From an uncultured Bacillales bacterium (GTDB taxonomy: Bacteria; Bacillota_I; Bacilli_A; RFN20; CAG-826): a stretch of DNA of 64,000 nt. Positions 62,677 through 64,000 of this stretch are shown piece by piece; the stretch's first letter is position 1; each line of letters opens with the position of its first letter. Location: assembly GCA_947164155.1 (NCBI GenBank), contig CAMUVS010000004.1, positions 603-64,602 of the forward strand, written 5' to 3'. A program made the position numbers and the translations under genes. The notes beneath the pieces were generated by a model that was not told the origin of the DNA, searched no databases, and was given only the letters and a program-made list of their open reading frames with translations.

Positions 62677-62799
62677 AATTTTCCTATACCGCGAGTTATT
62701 GTAGCATACTATTTGAAAAACACAAAGATACTTAATATTTATATTAATTCTTCAAACTCAAAGATTATTAAGTTATACTAGAAAAAGGTAATTTAACTT

Positions 62800-64000
62800 A
62801 TGGCATATAAAGCATTATATAGAACATATCGTCCTCAAACATTTGACGAAGTTGCGGGACAAGAACATATCGTCAAAACTTTAAAAAATGCATTAGCAAC
62901 AGGAAAAATTGCTCATGCATATTTATTTGCTGGTCCTAGAGGAACAGGAAAGACCACAATGGCAAAACTCTTCGCTAAAGCGCTTAACTGTGAAGAAGGT
63001 ATTGGCCATCAATGTAATAGTTGTAAAAACTGTGTTTCAATTATGGAAGGTAATCATCCTGACGTATTAGAACTAGACGCAGCGAGTAATAACGGTGTAG
63101 ATGAGATTAGAGAATTAATCGATAAAGTCAAATATGGAACAATCCTAGGTCGATACAAAGTCTATATTATCGATGAAGTTCATATGTTGTCCGCAGGAGC
63201 GTTTAATGCTTTACTTAAAACGCTTGAAGAACCTCCAGAACATGTCATTTTTATTTTAGCGACCACTGAACCTCATAAAATTCTTCCTACGATTCTATCT
63301 AGATGTCAAAGATATGATTTTACTAAAGTAAGTGAAGTTGATATCAAAGAAAGATTAAAGGCAGTTTTACTAAACGAAAATGTTGAATATGTTGAAGATG
63401 CAGTTGAACTTATTGTCTCTTTAGCAGATGGTGGAATGAGAGATGCTTTAAGTATTTTAGAAAAAGTTTTAGCCTATTCTAATAATCGTTTAGTGGTTGA
63501 AGATGTTTTAAATATCTTCGCTCTTGAATCTAAAGAAGAAAAAATTAAATTATTAAAATCTATCATCAATCACGATATGAGTGATGTCTTGTCTAGGCTT
63601 AATAACTATGTTACAAAGGGAACTGATATTAAAAGACTTACCGAGGATCTACTATCTATCTTAAAAGATATAGTGATTTATAACTCATCTAATATTGGTA
63701 ATTATTTAGAGTCATTAAAAGAGGAAGAAGCTTTAGATTTATCTAAATACATATCTAATGAAGTAGCTTTAAAAATGATTGATATCCTTTTAGGAGCAAT
63801 TAAAGATTATAAAAATGTCACTTCGATCAATCCTTTATTTGAAATTACCTTAATTAAACTTACATCTTTAGATGGATCTTCTCCTAAAAAAATAGTTGAA
63901 ACTCCAAAAGTTGAAAAGCCTATTATTAAAGAAGTAATTAAACCAGTTGAAGAGGTAAAAGTAGAGCCAATTATCGAAAATAAAATTGAAGAAGAAAATA
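62800..64000 (+). CDS. dnaX: DNA polymerase III subunit gamma/tau (5' part; continues beyond the window)
   Basis: The ATG at 62800 gives MAYKALYRTYRPQTFDEVAGQEHIVKTLKNAL...GPRGTGKTT...CNSC..C zinc module. The frame is open to the window end. Absent from the track because there is no stop. Confidence 0.95.
   Translation, partial: MAYKALYRTYRPQTFDEVAGQEHIVKTLKNALATGKIAHAYLFAGPRGTGKTTMAKLFAKALNCEEGIGHQCNSCKNCVSIMEGNHPDVLELDAASNNGVDEIRELIDKVKYGTILGRYKVYIIDEVHMLSAGAFNALLKTLEEPPEHVIFILATTEPHKILPTILSRCQRYDFTKVSEVDIKERLKAVLLNENVEYVEDAVELIVSLADGGMRDALSILEKVLAYSNNRLVVEDVLNIFALESKEEKIKLLKSIINHDMSDVLSRLNNYVTKGTDIKRLTEDLLSILKDIVIYNSSNIGNYLESLKEEEALDLSKYISNEVALKMIDILLGAIKDYKNVTSINPLFEITLIKLTSLDGSSPKKIVETPKVEKPIIKEVIKPVEEVKVEPIIENKIEEEN

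Noticed and set aside
62677-62799. SRP RNA (scr/ffs) expected upstream of dnaX by analogy with Bacillus synteny
   Set aside because: The interval is uniformly AT-rich with no stable helices or conserved SRP motifs.
1-64000. CRISPR arrays, IS elements, transposases, integrases, prophage genes, rRNA/tRNA genes
   Set aside because: Scanning by eye found no regularly spaced direct repeats, no DDE/tyrosine/serine recombinase-like ORFs and no tRNA-like cloverleaf other than the tmRNA tRNA-like domain.

Overview
Visibly AT-rich chromosomal segment from a low-GC Bacillota/Mycoplasmatota-type bacterium (Erysipelotrichia- or Acholeplasma-like). The genetic code is standard: TGA is used as a stop and RF2 carries its programmed frameshift. 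Rubrerythrin, an [FeFe]-hydrogenase-like gene and HypA/HypB suggest an anaerobe. Most of the window is ordinary, densely packed housekeeping DNA, largely on the minus strand. Housekeeping genes recognised: a glycan-biosynthesis locus (glycosyltransferases, Wzx-like flippase, TupA-like ATP-grasp), a ZIP transporter, DegV, tmRNA, rlmH, dnaB, rplI, gdpP, an ABC exporter pair, rpsF-ssb-rpsR, mscS, secG, uvrB, prfB, secA, comFA/comFC, rpiB, tsaC, prmC, prfA and dnaX. Two very large membrane-anchored Endonuclease-I-domain surface proteins lie in tandem. No CRISPR array, transposase, integrase or rRNA/tRNA gene was seen. The parts that annotation does not explain are these. (1) At 30.4-33.5 kb, a small island bracketed by copies of one terminator family carries two repeated units. 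Each unit is an enzyme (a HEPN-CBS protein or an AbiEii-like nucleotidyltransferase), then a conserved 19-nt box, then a small protein with a Nif11-like double-glycine leader fused to a zinc-ribbon-like module. This is the best candidate for an undescribed conflict or RiPP-like system. (2) At 34.7-35.3 kb, two tandem type I toxin-antitoxin-like modules lie in the long gap upstream of rpsF. (3) A roughly 43-nt cassette containing the palindrome TTTTTTGCAAAAAA recurs in front of three small genes. Two of those genes encode distantly paralogous small basic proteins, and each is followed by a convergent small RNA defined by a promoter and a terminator. (4) A translationally coupled hypB - 965-aa Fe-S flavoprotein - hypA operon, plus a divergent second hypB, has no [NiFe]-hydrogenase in view. 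(5) comFA lacks an in-frame start codon and has a diverged 5' pseudogene copy upstream. All functional calls rest on motif recognition by eye; no database search was possible.
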